Part shown: positions 52,801 through 64,000 of the stretch, piece by piece
How positions within the stretch are numbered: the stretch's first letter is position 1
Layout: each line of letters starts with the position of its first letter
From: Eledone cirrhosa
Taxonomy: Eukaryota
NCBI GenBank assembly: GCA_964016885.1
Contig: OZ024744.1
Location: 4,278,001-4,342,000 of the forward strand
Reading direction: 5' to 3'
DNA length: 64,000 nt
Translations under genes and position numbers: made by a program
Notes under the pieces: generated by a model
What the model was told of the DNA's origin: nothing
The model's database searches: none
What the model saw: only the letters and a program-made list of their open reading frames with translations

Positions 52801-54105
52801 ACGAAGTTTTGAGGGAAGACAAGGTAGAGAAAGATAGTTTGGTGAAGAACGGAGTTTTGGGGGAAAAAAAGGTAGGGAAAGATAGCTTGGTGAAGAACGA
52901 AGTTTTGAGGGAAGACAAGGTAGAGAAAGATAGCTTGGTGAAGAACGAAGTTTTGAGGGAAGACAAGGTAGAGAAAGATTGCTTGATGAAGAACGAAATT
53001 TTGAGGGAAGACAAGGTAGAGAAAGTTAGCTTGGTGAAGAACGAAGTTTTGAGGGAAGAGAAGGTAGAGAAAGATAGTTTGGTGAAGAACGAAGTTTTGG
53101 GGGAAAAAAAGGTAGAGAAAGATAGCTTGGTGAAGAACGAAGTTTTGAGGGAAGACAAGGTAGAGAAAGATAGCTTGGTGAGGAACGAAGTTTTGAGGGA
53201 AGACAAGGTAGAGAAAGATAGCTTGATCAAGAACGAAGTTTTGAGGGAAGACAAGGTAGAGAAAGATAGCTTGGTGAAGAACGAAGTTTTGAGGGAAGAC
53301 AAGGTAGAGAAGGATAGCTTGTGAAGAACGAAGTTTTGGGGGAAGACAAGGTAGAGAAAGATAGCTTGATCAAGAACGAAGTTTTGAGGGAAGACAAGGT
53401 AGAGAAAGATAGCTTGGTGAAGAACGAACGAAGTTTTGAGGGAAGACAAGGTAGAGAAAGATAGCTTGGTGAAGAACGAAGTTTTGAGGGAAGATAAGGT
53501 AGAGAAAGATAGCTTGGTGAAGAACGAAGTTTTGAGGGAAGACAAGGTAGAGAAGGATAGCTTGTGAAGAACGAAGTTTTGGGGGAAGGCAACGTAGAGT
53601 AAGATAGCTTGGTGAAGAACGAACGAAGTTTTGAGGGAAGACAAGGTAGAGAAAGATAGTTTGGTGAAGAACGAAGTTTTGGGGGAAAAAAAGGTAGAGA
53701 AAGATAGCTTGGTGAAGAACGAAGTTTTGAGGGAAGACAAGGTAGAGAAAGATAGCTTGGTGAAGAACGAAGTTTTGAGGGAATGCAAGGTAGAGAAAGA
53801 TAGCTTGATCAAGAACGAAGTTTTGAGGGAAGACAAGGTAGAGAAAGATAGCTTGGTGAAGAACGAAGTTTTGAGGGAAGACAAGGTAGAGAAGGATAGC
53901 TTGTGAAGAACGAAGTTTTGGGGGAAGACAAGGTAGAGAAAGATAGCTTGGTGAAGAACGAACGAAGTTTTGAGGGAAGACAAGGTAGAGAAAGATAGCT
54001 TGGTGAAGAACGACGTTTTGAGGGAAGACAAAGTAGAGAACGATAGCTTGATGAAGAACGGAGTTTTGAGGGAAGACAAGATAGAGAAAGATAGCTTGGT
54101 GAAGA
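49855..54105. repeat. Tandem duplication, period 2,227 bp
   Basis: Private variant GGCAACGTAGAGTAA at 51361 and 53588. ORF pairs 50051/52278, 50438/52665 and 51404/53631. Confidence 0.85.
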
Positions 54106-55452
54106 ACGAAGTTTTGAGGGAAGACAAGGTAGAGAAAGATAGCTTGGTGAAGAACGAAGTTTGATGGAAGACAAGGTAGAGAAGGATAGCTTGTGAAGAA
54201 CGAAGTTTTGGGGGAAGACAACGTAGAGTAAGATAGCTTGGTGAAGAACGAACGAAGTTTTGAGGGAAGACAAGGTAGAGAAAGATAGTTTGGTGAAGAA
54301 CGAAGTTTTGGGGGAAAAAAAGGTAGAGAAAGATAGCTTGGTGAAGAACGAAGTTTTGAGGGAAGACAAGGTAGAGAAAGATAGCTTGGTGAAGAACGAA
54401 GTTTTGAGGGAAGTCAAGGTAGAGAAAGATAGCTTGGTGAAGAACGAAGTTTTGAGGGAATGCAAGGTAGAGAAAGATAGCTTGATCAAGAACGAAGTTT
54501 TGAGGGAAGACAAGGTAGAGAAAGATAGCTTGGTGAAGAACGAAGTTTTGAGGGAAGACAAGGTAGAGAAGGATAGCTTGTGAAGAACGAAGTTTTGGGG
54601 GAAGACAAGGTAGAGAAAGATAGCTTGGTGAAGAACGAACGAAGTTTTGAGGGAAGACAAGGTAGAGAAAGATAGCCTGGTGAAGAACGACGTTTTGAGG
54701 GAAGACAAAGTAGAGAACGATAGCTTGATGAAGAACGGAGTTTTGAGGGAAGACAAGATAGAGAAAGATAGCTTGGTGAAGAACGAAGTTTTGAGGGAAG
54801 ACAAGGTAGAGAAAGATAGCTTGGTGAAGAACGAAGTTTTGAGGGAAGACAAGGTAGAGAAAGATAGCTTGGTGAAGAACGAAGTTTTGAGGAAGACAAG
54901 GTAGAGAAAGATTGCTTGATGAAGAACGAAGTTTTGAGGGAAGACAAGGTAGAGAAAGATAGCTTGGTGAGGAACGAAGTTTTGGGGGAAGACAAGGTAG
55001 AGAAAGATAGCCTGGTGAAGAACGAAGTTTTGAGGGAAGACAAGGTAGAGAAAGAGAGCTTGGTGAAGAACGAAGTTTTGAGAGAAGAATGGGTAGAGAA
55101 AGATAGCTTGGTGAAGAACAACGTTTTGAGGGAAGACAAGGTAGGGAAAGATAGCTTGGTGAAGAACGACGTTTTGTGGGAAGACAAGGTAGAGAAAGAT
55201 AGCTTGGTGAAGAACGAAGTTTTGTGGGAAGACAAGGTAGAGAAAGATAGCTTGGTGAAGAACGAAGTTTTGGGGGTAGACAAGGTAGAGAAAGATAGCT
55301 TGGTGAAGAACGAAGTTTTGGGGGAAGACAAGGTAGAGAAAGATAGCTTGGTGAAGAACGACGTTTTGAGGGGAGACAAGGTAGAGAAAGATAGCTTGAT
55401 GAAGAACGAAGTTTTGTGGGAAGACAAGGTAGAGAAAGATAGCTTGATCAAG

Positions 55453-58400
55453 AACGAAGTTTTGAGGGAAGACAAGGTAGAGAAAGATAGCTTGGTGAAG
55501 AACGAAGTTTTGAGGGAAGACAAGGTAGAGAAGGATAGCTTGTGAAGAACGAAGTTTTGGGGGAAGACAACGTAGAGAAAGATAGCTTGGTGTAGAACGA
55601 ACGAAGTTTTGAGGGAAGACAAGGTAGAGAAAGATAGTTTGGTGAAGAACGATGTTTTGGGGGAAAAAAAGGTAGAGAAAGATAGCTTGATGAAGAACGA
55701 AGTTTTGAGGGAAGACAAGGTAGAGAAAGATAGCTTGGTGAAGAACGAAGTTTTGAGGGAAGTCAAGGTAGAGAAAGATAGCTTGGTGAAGAACGAAGTT
55801 TTGAGGGAATGCAAGGTAGAGAAAGATAGCTTGATCAAGAACGAAGTTTTGAGGGAAGACAAGGTAGAGAAAGATAGCTTGGTGAAGAACGAAGTTTTGA
55901 GGGAAGACAAGGTAGAGAAGGATAGCTTGTGAAGAACGAAGTTTTGGGGGAAGACAAGGTAGAGAAAGATAGCTTGGTGAAGAACGAACGAAGTTTTGAG
56001 GGAAGACAAGGTAGAGAAAGATAGCTTGGTGAAGAACGACGTTTTGAGGGAAGACAAAGTAGAGAACGATAGCTTGATGAAGAACGGAGTTTTGAGGGAA
56101 GACAAGATAGAGAATGATAGCTTGGTGAAGAACGAAGTTTTGAGGGAAGACAAGGTAGAGAAAGATAGCTTGGTGAAGAACGAAGTTTGATGGAAGACAA
56201 GGTATAGAAAGATAGCTTGATCAAGAACGAAGTTTTGAGGGAAGACAAGGTAGAGAAAGATAGCTTGGTGAAGAACGAAGTTTTGAGGGAAGACAAGGTA
56301 GAGAAGGATAGCTTGTGAAGAACGAAGTTTTGGGGGAAGACAAGGTAGAGAAAGATAGTTTTGGTGAAGAACGGAGTTTTGGGGGAAAAAAAGGTAGGGA
56401 AAGATAGCTTGGTGAAGAACGAAGTTTTGAGGGAAGACAAGGTAGAGAAAGATAGCTTGGTGAAGAACGAAGTTTTGAGGAAGACAAGGTAGAGAAAGAT
56501 TGCTTGATGAAGAACGAAGTTTTGAGGGAAGACAAGGTAGAGAAAGTTAGCTTGGTGAAGAACGAAGTTTTGAGGGAAGAGAAGGTAGAGAAAGATAGTT
56601 TGGTGAAGAACGAAGTTTTGGGGGAAAAAAAGGTAGAGAAAGATAGCTTGGTGAAGAACGAAGTTTTGAGGGAAGACAAGGTAGAGAAAGATAGCTTGGT
56701 GAGGAACGAAGTTTTGGGGGAAGACAGGGTAGAGAAAGATAGCCTGGTGAAGAACGAAGTTTTGAGGGAAGACAAGGTAGAGAAAGAGAGCTTGGTGAAG
56801 AACGAAGTTTTGAGAGAAGAATGGGTAGAGAAAGATAGCTTGGTGAAGAACGACGTTTTGAGGGAAGACAAGGTAGGGAAAGATAGCTTGGTGAAGAACG
56901 ACGTTTTGTGGGAAGACAAGGTAGAGAAAGATAGCTTGGTGAAGAACGAAGTTTTGTGGGAAGACAAGGTAGAGAAAGATAGCTTGGTGAAGAACGAAGT
57001 TTTGGGGGTAGACAAGGTAGAGAAACATAGCTTGGTGAAGAACGAAGTTTTGAGGGAAGACAAGGTAGAGAAAGATAGCTTGGTGACGAACGAAGTCTTG
57101 AGGGAAGACAAGGTAGAGAAAGATAGCTTGATGAAGAACGAACGATGTTTTGAGGGAAGACAAAGTAGAGAAAGATAGCTTGGTGAAGAACGAAGTTTTG
57201 AGGGAAGACAAGGTAGAGAAAGATAGCTTGGTGAAGAACGAAGTTTTGAGCGAAGACAAGGTAGAGAAGGATAGCTTGTGAAGAACGAAGTTTTGAGGGA
57301 AGACAAGGTAGAGAAAGATAGCTTGGTGAAGAACGAAGTTTTGAGGGAAGACAAGGTAGAGAAAGATAGCTTGGTGAAGAACGAAGTTTTGAGGGAATGC
57401 AAGGTAGAGAAAGATAGCTTGATCAAGAACGAAGTTTTGAGGGAAGACAAGGTAGAGAAAGATAGCTTGGTGAAGAACGAAGTTTTGAGGGAAGACAAGG
57501 TAGAGAAGGATAGCTTGTGAAGAACGAAGTGTTGGGGGAAGACAAGGTAGAGAAAGATAGCTTGGTGAAGAACGAACGAAGTTTTGAGGGAAGACAAGGT
57601 AGAGAAAGATAGCTTGGTGAAGAACGACGTTTTGAGGGAAGACAAAGTAGAGAACGATAGCTTGATGAAGAACGGAGTTTTGAGGGAAGACAAGATAGAG
57701 AAAGATAGCTTGGTGATGAACGAAGTTTTGAGGGAAGACAAGGTAGAGAAAGATAGCTTGGTGAAGAACGAAGTTTTGAGGGAAGTCAAGGTAGAGAAAG
57801 ATAGCTTGGTGAAGAACGACGTTTTGAGGGAAGACAAGGTAGGGAAAGATAGCTTGGTGAAGAACGACGTTTTGTGGGAAGACAAGGTAGAGAAAGATAG
57901 CTTGGTCAAGAACGAAATTTTGTGGGAAGACAAGGTAGAGAAAGATAGCTTGGTGAAGAACGAAGTTTTGGGGGTAGACAAGGTAGAGAAAGATAGCTTG
58001 GTGAAGAACGAAGTTTTGGGGGAAGACAAGGTAGAGAAAGATAGCTTGGTGAAGAACGACGTTTTGAGGGAAGACAAGGTAGAGAAAGATAGCTTGATGA
58101 AGAACGAAGTTGTGTGGGAAGACAAGGTAGAGAAGGATAGCTTGTGAAGAACGAAGTTTTGGGGGAAGACAAGGTAGAGAAAGATAGCTTGATCAAGAAC
58201 GAAGTTTTGAGGGAAGACAAGGTAGAGAAAGATAGCTTGGTGAAGAACGAACGAAGTTTTGAGGGAAGACAAGGTAGAGAAAGATAGCTTGGTGAAGAAC
58301 GAAGTTTTGAGGGAAGATAAGGTAGAGAAAGATAGCTTGGTGAAGAACGAAGTTTTGAGGGAAGACAAGGTAGAGAAAGATAGCTTGATCAAGAACGAAG

Positions 58401-61400
58401 TTTTGAGGGAAGACAAGGTAGAGAAAGATAGCTTCTGTGAAGAACGAAGTTTTGAGGGAAGACAAGGTAGAGAAGGATAGCTTGTGAAGAACGAAGTTTT
58501 GGGGGAAGACAACGTAGAGTAAGATAGCTTGGTGAAGAACGAACGAAGTTTTGAGGGAAGACAAGGTAGAGAAAGATAGTTTGGTGAAGAACGAAGTTTT
58601 GGGGGAAAAAAAGGTAGAGAAAGATAGCTTGGTGAAGAACGAAGTTTTGAGGGAAGACAAGGTAGAGAAAGATAGCTTGGTGAAGAACGAAGTTTTGAGG
58701 GAAGTCAAGGTAGAGAAAGATAGCTTGGTGAAGAACGAAGTTTTGAGGGAATGCAAGGTAGAGAAAGATAGCTTGATCAAGAACGAAGTTTTGAGGGAAG
58801 ACAAGGTAGAGAAAGATAGCTTGGTGAAGAACGAAGTTTTGAGGGAAGACAAGGTAGAGAAGGATAGCTTGTGAAGAACGAAGTTTTGGGGGAAGACAAG
58901 GTAGAGAAAGATAGCTTGGTGAAGAACGAACGAAGTTTTGAGGGAAGACAAGGTAGAGAAAGATAGCTTGGTGAAGAACGACGTTTTGAGGGAAGACAAA
59001 GTAGAGAACGATAGCTTGATGAAGAACGGTGTTTTGAGGGAAGACAAGATAGAGAAAGATAGCTTGGTGAAGAACGAAGTTTTGAGGGAAGACAAGGTAG
59101 AGAAAGATAGCTTGGTGAAGAACGAAGTTTGATGGAAGACAAGGTATAGAAAGATAGCTTGATCAAGAACGAAGTTTTGAGGGAAGACAAGGTAGAGAAA
59201 GATAGCTTGGTGAAGAACGAAGTTTTGAGGGAAGACAAGGTAGAGAAAGATAGCTTGGTGAAGAACGAAGTTTTGAGGAAGACAAGGTAGAGAAAGATTG
59301 CTTGATGAAGAACGAAGTTTTGAGGGAAGACAAGGTAGAGAAAGTTAGCTTGGTGAAGAACGAAGTTTTGAGGGAAGAGAAGGTAGAGAAAGATAGTTTG
59401 GTGAAGAACGAAGTTTTGGGGGAAAAAAAGGTAGAGAAAGATAGCTTGTTGAAGAACGAAGTTTTGAGGGAAGACAAGGTAGAGAAAGATAGCTTGGTGA
59501 GGAACGAAGTTTTGGGGGAAGACAGGGTAGAGAAAGATAGCCTGGTGAAGAACGAAGTTTTGAGGGAAGACAAGGTAGAGAAAGAGAGCTTGGTGAAGAA
59601 CGAAGTTTTGAGAGAAGAATGGGTAGAGAAAGATAGCTTGGTGAAGAACGACGTTTTGAGGGAAGACAAGGTAGGGAAAGATAGCTTGGTGAAGAACGAC
59701 GTTTTGTGGGAAGACAAGGTAGAGAAAGATAGCTTGGTGAAGAACGAAGTTTTGGGGGTAGACAAGGTAGAGAAAGATAGCTTGGTGAAGAACGAAGTTT
59801 TGGGGGAAGACAAGGTAGAGAAAGATAGCTTGGTGACGAACGAAGTCTTGAGGGAAGACAAGGTAGAGAAAGATAGCTTGATGAAGAACGAACGATGTTT
59901 TGAGGGAAGACAAAGTAGAGAAAGATAGCTTGGTGAAGAACGAAGTTTTGAGGGAAGACAAGGTAGAGAAAGATAGCTTGGTGAAGAACGAAGTTTTGAG
60001 CGAAGACAAGGTAGAGAAGGATAGCTTGTGAAGAACGAAGTTTTGAGGGAAGACAAGGTAGAGAAAGATAGCTTGGTGAAGAACGAAGTTTTGAGGGAAG
60101 ACAAGGTAGAGAAAGATAGCTTGGTGAAGAACGAAGTTTTGAGGGAAGACAAGGTAGAGAAGGATAGCTTGTGAAGAACGAAGTTTTGGGGGAAGACAAG
60201 GTAGAGAAAGATAGCTTGGTGAAGAACGAACGAAGTTTTGAGGGAAGACAAGGTAGAGAAAGATAGCTTGGTGAAGAACGAAGTTTTGAGGGAAGACAAG
60301 GTAGAGAAGGATAGCTTGTGAAGAACGAAGTTTTGGGGGAAGACAACGTAGAGAAAGATAGCTTGGTGTAGAACGAACGAAGTTTTGAGGGAAGACAAGG
60401 TAGAGAAAGATAGTTTGGTGAAGAACGAAGTTTTGGGGGAAAAAAAGGTAGAGAAAGATAGCTTGATGAAGAACGAAGTTTTGAGGGAAGACAAGGTAGA
60501 GAAAGATAGCTTGGTGAAGAACGAAGTTTTGAGGGAAGTCAAGGTAGAGAAAGATAGCTTGGTGAAGAACGAAGTTTTGAGGGAATGCAAGGTAGAGAAA
60601 GATAGCTTGATCAAGAACGAAGTTTTGAGGGAAGACAAGGTAGAGAAAGATAGCTTGGTGAAGAACGAAGTTTTGAGGGAAGACAAGGTAGAGAAGGATA
60701 GCTTGTGAAGAACGAAGTTTTGGGGGAAGACAAGGTAGAGAAAGATAGCTTGGTGAAGAACGAACGAAGTTTTGAGGGAAGACAAGGTAGAGAAAGATAG
60801 CTTGGTGAAGAACGACGTTTTGAGGGAAGACAAAGTAGAGAACGATAGCTTGATGAAGAACGGAGTTTTGAGTGAAGACAAGATAGAGAATGATAGCTTG
60901 GTGAAGAACGAAGTTTTGAGGGAAGACAAGGTAGAGAAAGATAGCTTGGTGAAGAACGAAGTTTGATGGAAGACAAGGTATAGAAAGATAGCTTGATCAA
61001 GAACGAAGTTTTGAGGGAAGACAAGGTAGAGAAAGATAGCTTGGTGAAGAACGAAGTTTTGAGGGAAGACAAGGTAGAGAAGGATAGCTTGTGAAGAACG
61101 AAGTTTTGGGGGAAGACAAGGTAGAGAAAGATAGTTTTGGTGAAGAACGGAGTTTTGGGGGAAAAAAAGGTAGGGAAAGATAGCTTGGTGAAGAACGAAG
61201 TTTTGAGGGAAGACAAGGTAGAGAAAGATAGCTTGGTGAAGAACGAAGTTTTGAGGAAGACAAGGTAGAGAAAGATTGCTTGATGAAGAACGAAGTTTTG
61301 AGGGAAGACAAGGTAGAGAAAGTTAGCTTGGTGAAGAACGAAGTTTTGAGGGAAGAGAAGGTAGAGAAAGATAGTTTGGTGAAGAACGAAGTTTTGGGGG

Positions 61401-64000
61401 AAAAAAAGGTAGAGAAAGATAGCTTGGTGAAGAACGAAGTTTTGAGGGAAGACAAGGTAGAGAAAGATAGCTTGGTGAGGAACGAAGTTTTGGGGGAAGA
61501 CAGGGTAGAGAAAGATAGCCTGGTGAAGAACGAAGTTTTGAGGGAAGACAAGGTAGAGAAAGAGAGCTTGGTGAAGAACGAAGTTTTGAGAGAAGAATGG
61601 GTAGAGAAAGATAGCTTGGTGAAGAACGACGTTTTGAGGGAAGACAAGGTAGGGAAAGATAGCTTGGTGAAGAACGACGTTTTGTGGGAAGACAAGGTAG
61701 AGAAAGATAGCTTGGTGAAGAACGAAGTTTTGTGGGAAGACAAGGTAGAGAAAGATAGCTTGGTGAAGAACGAAGTTTTGGGGGTAGACAAGGTAGAGAA
61801 ACATAGCTTGGTGAAGAACGAAGTTTTGAGGGAAGACAAGGTAGAGAAAGATAGCTTGGTGACGAACGAAGTCTTGAGGGAAGACAAGGTAGAGAAAGAT
61901 AGCTTGATGAAGAACGAACGATGTTTTGAGGGAAGACAAAGTAGAGAAAGATAGCTTGGTGAAGAACGAAGTTTTGAGGGAAGACAAGGTAGAGAAAGAT
62001 AGCTTGGTGAAGAACGAAGTTTTGAGCGAAGACAAGGTAGAGAAGGATAGCTTGTGAAGAACGAAGTTTTGAGGGAAGACAAGGTAGAGAAAGATAGCTT
62101 GGTGAAGAACGAAGTTTTGAGGGAAGACAAGGTAGAGAAAGATAGCTTGGTGAAGAACGAAGTTTTGAGGGAATGCAAGGTAGAGAAAGATAGCTTGATC
62201 AAGAACGAAGTTTTGAGGGAAGACAAGGTAGAGAAAGATAGCTTGGTGAAGAACGAAGTTTTGAGGGAAGACAAGGTAGAGAAGGATAGCTTGTGAAGAA
62301 CGAAGTGTTGGGGGAAGACAAGGTAGAGAAAGATAGCTTGGTGAAGAACGAACGAAGTTTTGAGGGAAGACAAGGTAGAGAAAGATAGCTTGGTGAAGAA
62401 CGACGTTTTGAGGGAAGACAAAGTAGAGAACGATAGCTTGATGAAGAACGGAGTTTTGAGGGAAGACAAGATAGAGAAAGATAGCTTGGTGATGAACGAA
62501 GTTTTGAGGGAAGACAAGGTAGAGAAAGATAGCTTGGTGAAGAACGAAGTTTTGAGGGAAGTCAAGGTAGAGAAAGATAGCTTGGTGAAGAACGACGTTT
62601 TGAGGGAAGACAAGGTAGGGAAAGATAGCTTGGTGAAGAACGACGTTTTGTGGGAAGACAAGGTAGAGAAAGATAGCTTGGTGAAGAACGAAATTTTGTG
62701 GGAAGACAAGGTAGAGAAAGATAGCTTGGTGAAGAACGAAGTTTTGGGGGTAGACAAGGTAGAGAAAGATAGCTTGGTGAAGAACGAAGTTTTGGGGGAA
62801 GACAAGGTAGAGAAAGATAGCTTGGTGAAGAACGACGTTTTGAGGGAAGACAAGGTAGAGAAAGATAGCTTGATGAAGAACGAAGTTGTGTGGGAAGACA
62901 AGGTAGAGAAGGATAGCTTGTGAAGAACGAAGTTTTGGGGGAAGACAAGGTAGAGAAAGATAGCTTGATCAAGAACGAAGTTTTGAGGGAAGACAAGGTA
63001 GAGAAAGATAGCTTGGTGAAGAACGAACGAAGTTTTGAGGGAAGACAAGGTAGAGAAAGATAGCTTGGTGAAGAACGAAGTTTTGAGGGAAGATAAGGTA
63101 GAGAAAGATAGCTTGGTGAAGAACGAAGTTTTGAGGGAAGACAAGGTAGAGAAAGATAGCTTGATCAAGAACGAAGTTTTGAGGGAAGACAAGGTAGAGA
63201 AAGATAGCTTCTGTGAAGAACGAAGTTTTGAGGGAAGACAAGGTAGAGAAGGATAGCTTGTGAAGAACGAAGTTTTGGGGGAAGACAACGTAGAGTAAGA
63301 TAGCTTGGTGAAGAACGAACGAAGTTTTGAGGGAAGACAAGGTAGAGAAAGATAGTTTGGTGAAGAACGAAGTTTTGGGGGAAAAAAAGGTAGAGAAAGA
63401 TAGCTTGGTGAAGAACGAAGTTTTGAGGGAAGACAAGGTAGAGAAAGATAGCTTGGTGAAGAACGAAGTTTTGAGGGAAGTCAAGGTAGAGAAAGATAGC
63501 TTGGTGAAGAACGAAGTTTTGAGGGAATGCAAGGTAGAGAAAGATAGCTTGATCAAGAACGAAGTTTTGAGGGAAGACAAGGTAGAGAAAGATAGCTTGG
63601 TGAAGAACGAAGTTTTGAGGGAAGACAAGGTAGAGAAGGATAGCTTGTGAAGAACGAAGTTTTGGGGGAAGACAAGGTAGAGAAAGATAGCTTGGTGAAG
63701 AACGAACGAAGTTTTGAGGGAAGACAAGGTAGAGAAAGATAGCTTGGTGAAGAACGACGTTTTGAGGGAAGACAAAGTAGAGAACGATAGCTTGATGAAG
63801 AACGGTGTTTTGAGGGAAGACAAGATAGAGAAAGATAGCTTGGTGAAGAACGAAGTTTTGAGGGAAGACAAGGTAGAGAAAGATAGCTTGGTGAAGAACG
63901 AAGTTTGATGGAAGACAAGGTATAGAAAGATAGCTTGATCAAGAACGAAGTTTTGAGGGAAGACAAGGTAGAGAAAGATAGCTTGGTGAAGAACGAAGTT
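55453..64000. repeat. Tandem duplication, period 4,776 bp; second copy truncated by the window end
   Basis: ORF pairs 55996/60772, 56504/61280, 57278/62054, 57584/62360, 58259/63035 and 58938/63714 all have offset 4,776. Private variant GCTTCTGTGAAG at ~58431 and ~63207. Confidence 0.9.

Larger units (their letters stand above)
1..64000. repeat. 48-bp tandem repeat array (satellite/macrosatellite), about 1,330 monomers, extends beyond both window edges
   Basis: Seen directly: the monomer at 49-96 (AAGGTAGAGAAAGATAGCTTGGTGAAGAACGAAGTTTTGAGGGAAGAC) recurs without interruption to 64000. Most copies are within a few substitutions of consensus; length variants of 47, 49 and 52 bp occur. The GGG-type consensus is 18 A, 18 G, 9 T, 3 C. 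Each consensus monomer has one AluI site (AGCT) and one BbsI site (GAAGAC). Confidence 0.99.
48861..64000. repeat. Subdomain B of the array: AGG-dominated monomers with 47-bp and 52-bp length variants
   Basis: Markers GGATAGCTTGTGAAG (-1, first at ~48866-48880) and GAAGAACGAACGAAG (+4, first at ~48924-48938) occur only from here on. TTGATCAAG, TTGATGAAG, GAATGC and GAAAAAAAGG variants become frequent. Confidence 0.85.

Noticed and set aside
19-63908. Dozens of short + strand ORFs read as a tandem gene cluster
   Set aside because: Starts are the TTG/GTG found in nearly every monomer, and ends are frameshift or nonsense variants. There is no intergenic or unique sequence.
1-64000. CRISPR array
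   Set aside because: Monomers abut directly. The variable part is about 3 nt, not unique spacers of 25-45 nt. There is no leader or cas gene.
1-64000. Immunoglobulin switch-region-like repeat (G-rich strand, AGCT motif, unit close to the 49-bp S-gamma repeat)
   Set aside because: The resemblance is only by analogy. The monomer is A-rich, lacks GAGCT/GGGGT pentamer arrays, and the array is far longer than known switch regions, with no Ig exons.
1-64000. Diversity-generating retroelement or silent-cassette antigenic variation at the hypervariable triplet
   Set aside because: There is no reverse transcriptase, recombinase, template/variable region pair or expression site. Variation is not adenine-specific and follows block duplication.
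1-64000. Telomeric repeats, rRNA/tRNA genes, transposon insertions, inverted segments, promoters or terminators
   Set aside because: None seen; every stretch I read conforms to the 48-bp monomer in one orientation.

Overview
The whole 64 kb is one uninterrupted head-to-tail tandem array of a 48-bp monomer, about 1,330 copies, all in the same orientation and running off both ends of the window. Consensus: AAGGTAGAGAAAGATAGCTTGGTGAAGAACGAAGTTTTG(G/A)GGGAAGAC. I see no unique sequence, RNA gene, mobile element, inversion or CRISPR spacer. All ORFs in the track are by-products of the monomer. It is 16 codons long, has one stop-free + frame (KVEKDSLVKNEVL[G/R]ED), and lacks TTA/CTA/TCA, so all three - frames are open. 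The + frame is broken every 0.2-1.7 kb by frameshifts and nonsense variants that were copied along with the repeat. The best reading is satellite or macrosatellite DNA, possibly derived from a charged coding repeat. The real information lies in the variant pattern: irregular higher-order repeats, nested near-identical duplications (offsets 431 to 17,452 bp), one hypervariable triplet per monomer, and a sharp subfamily switch at about 48.9 kb marked by a coupled -1/+4 indel pair. I cannot identify the organism or repeat family. The sequence alone does not support a new gene system.
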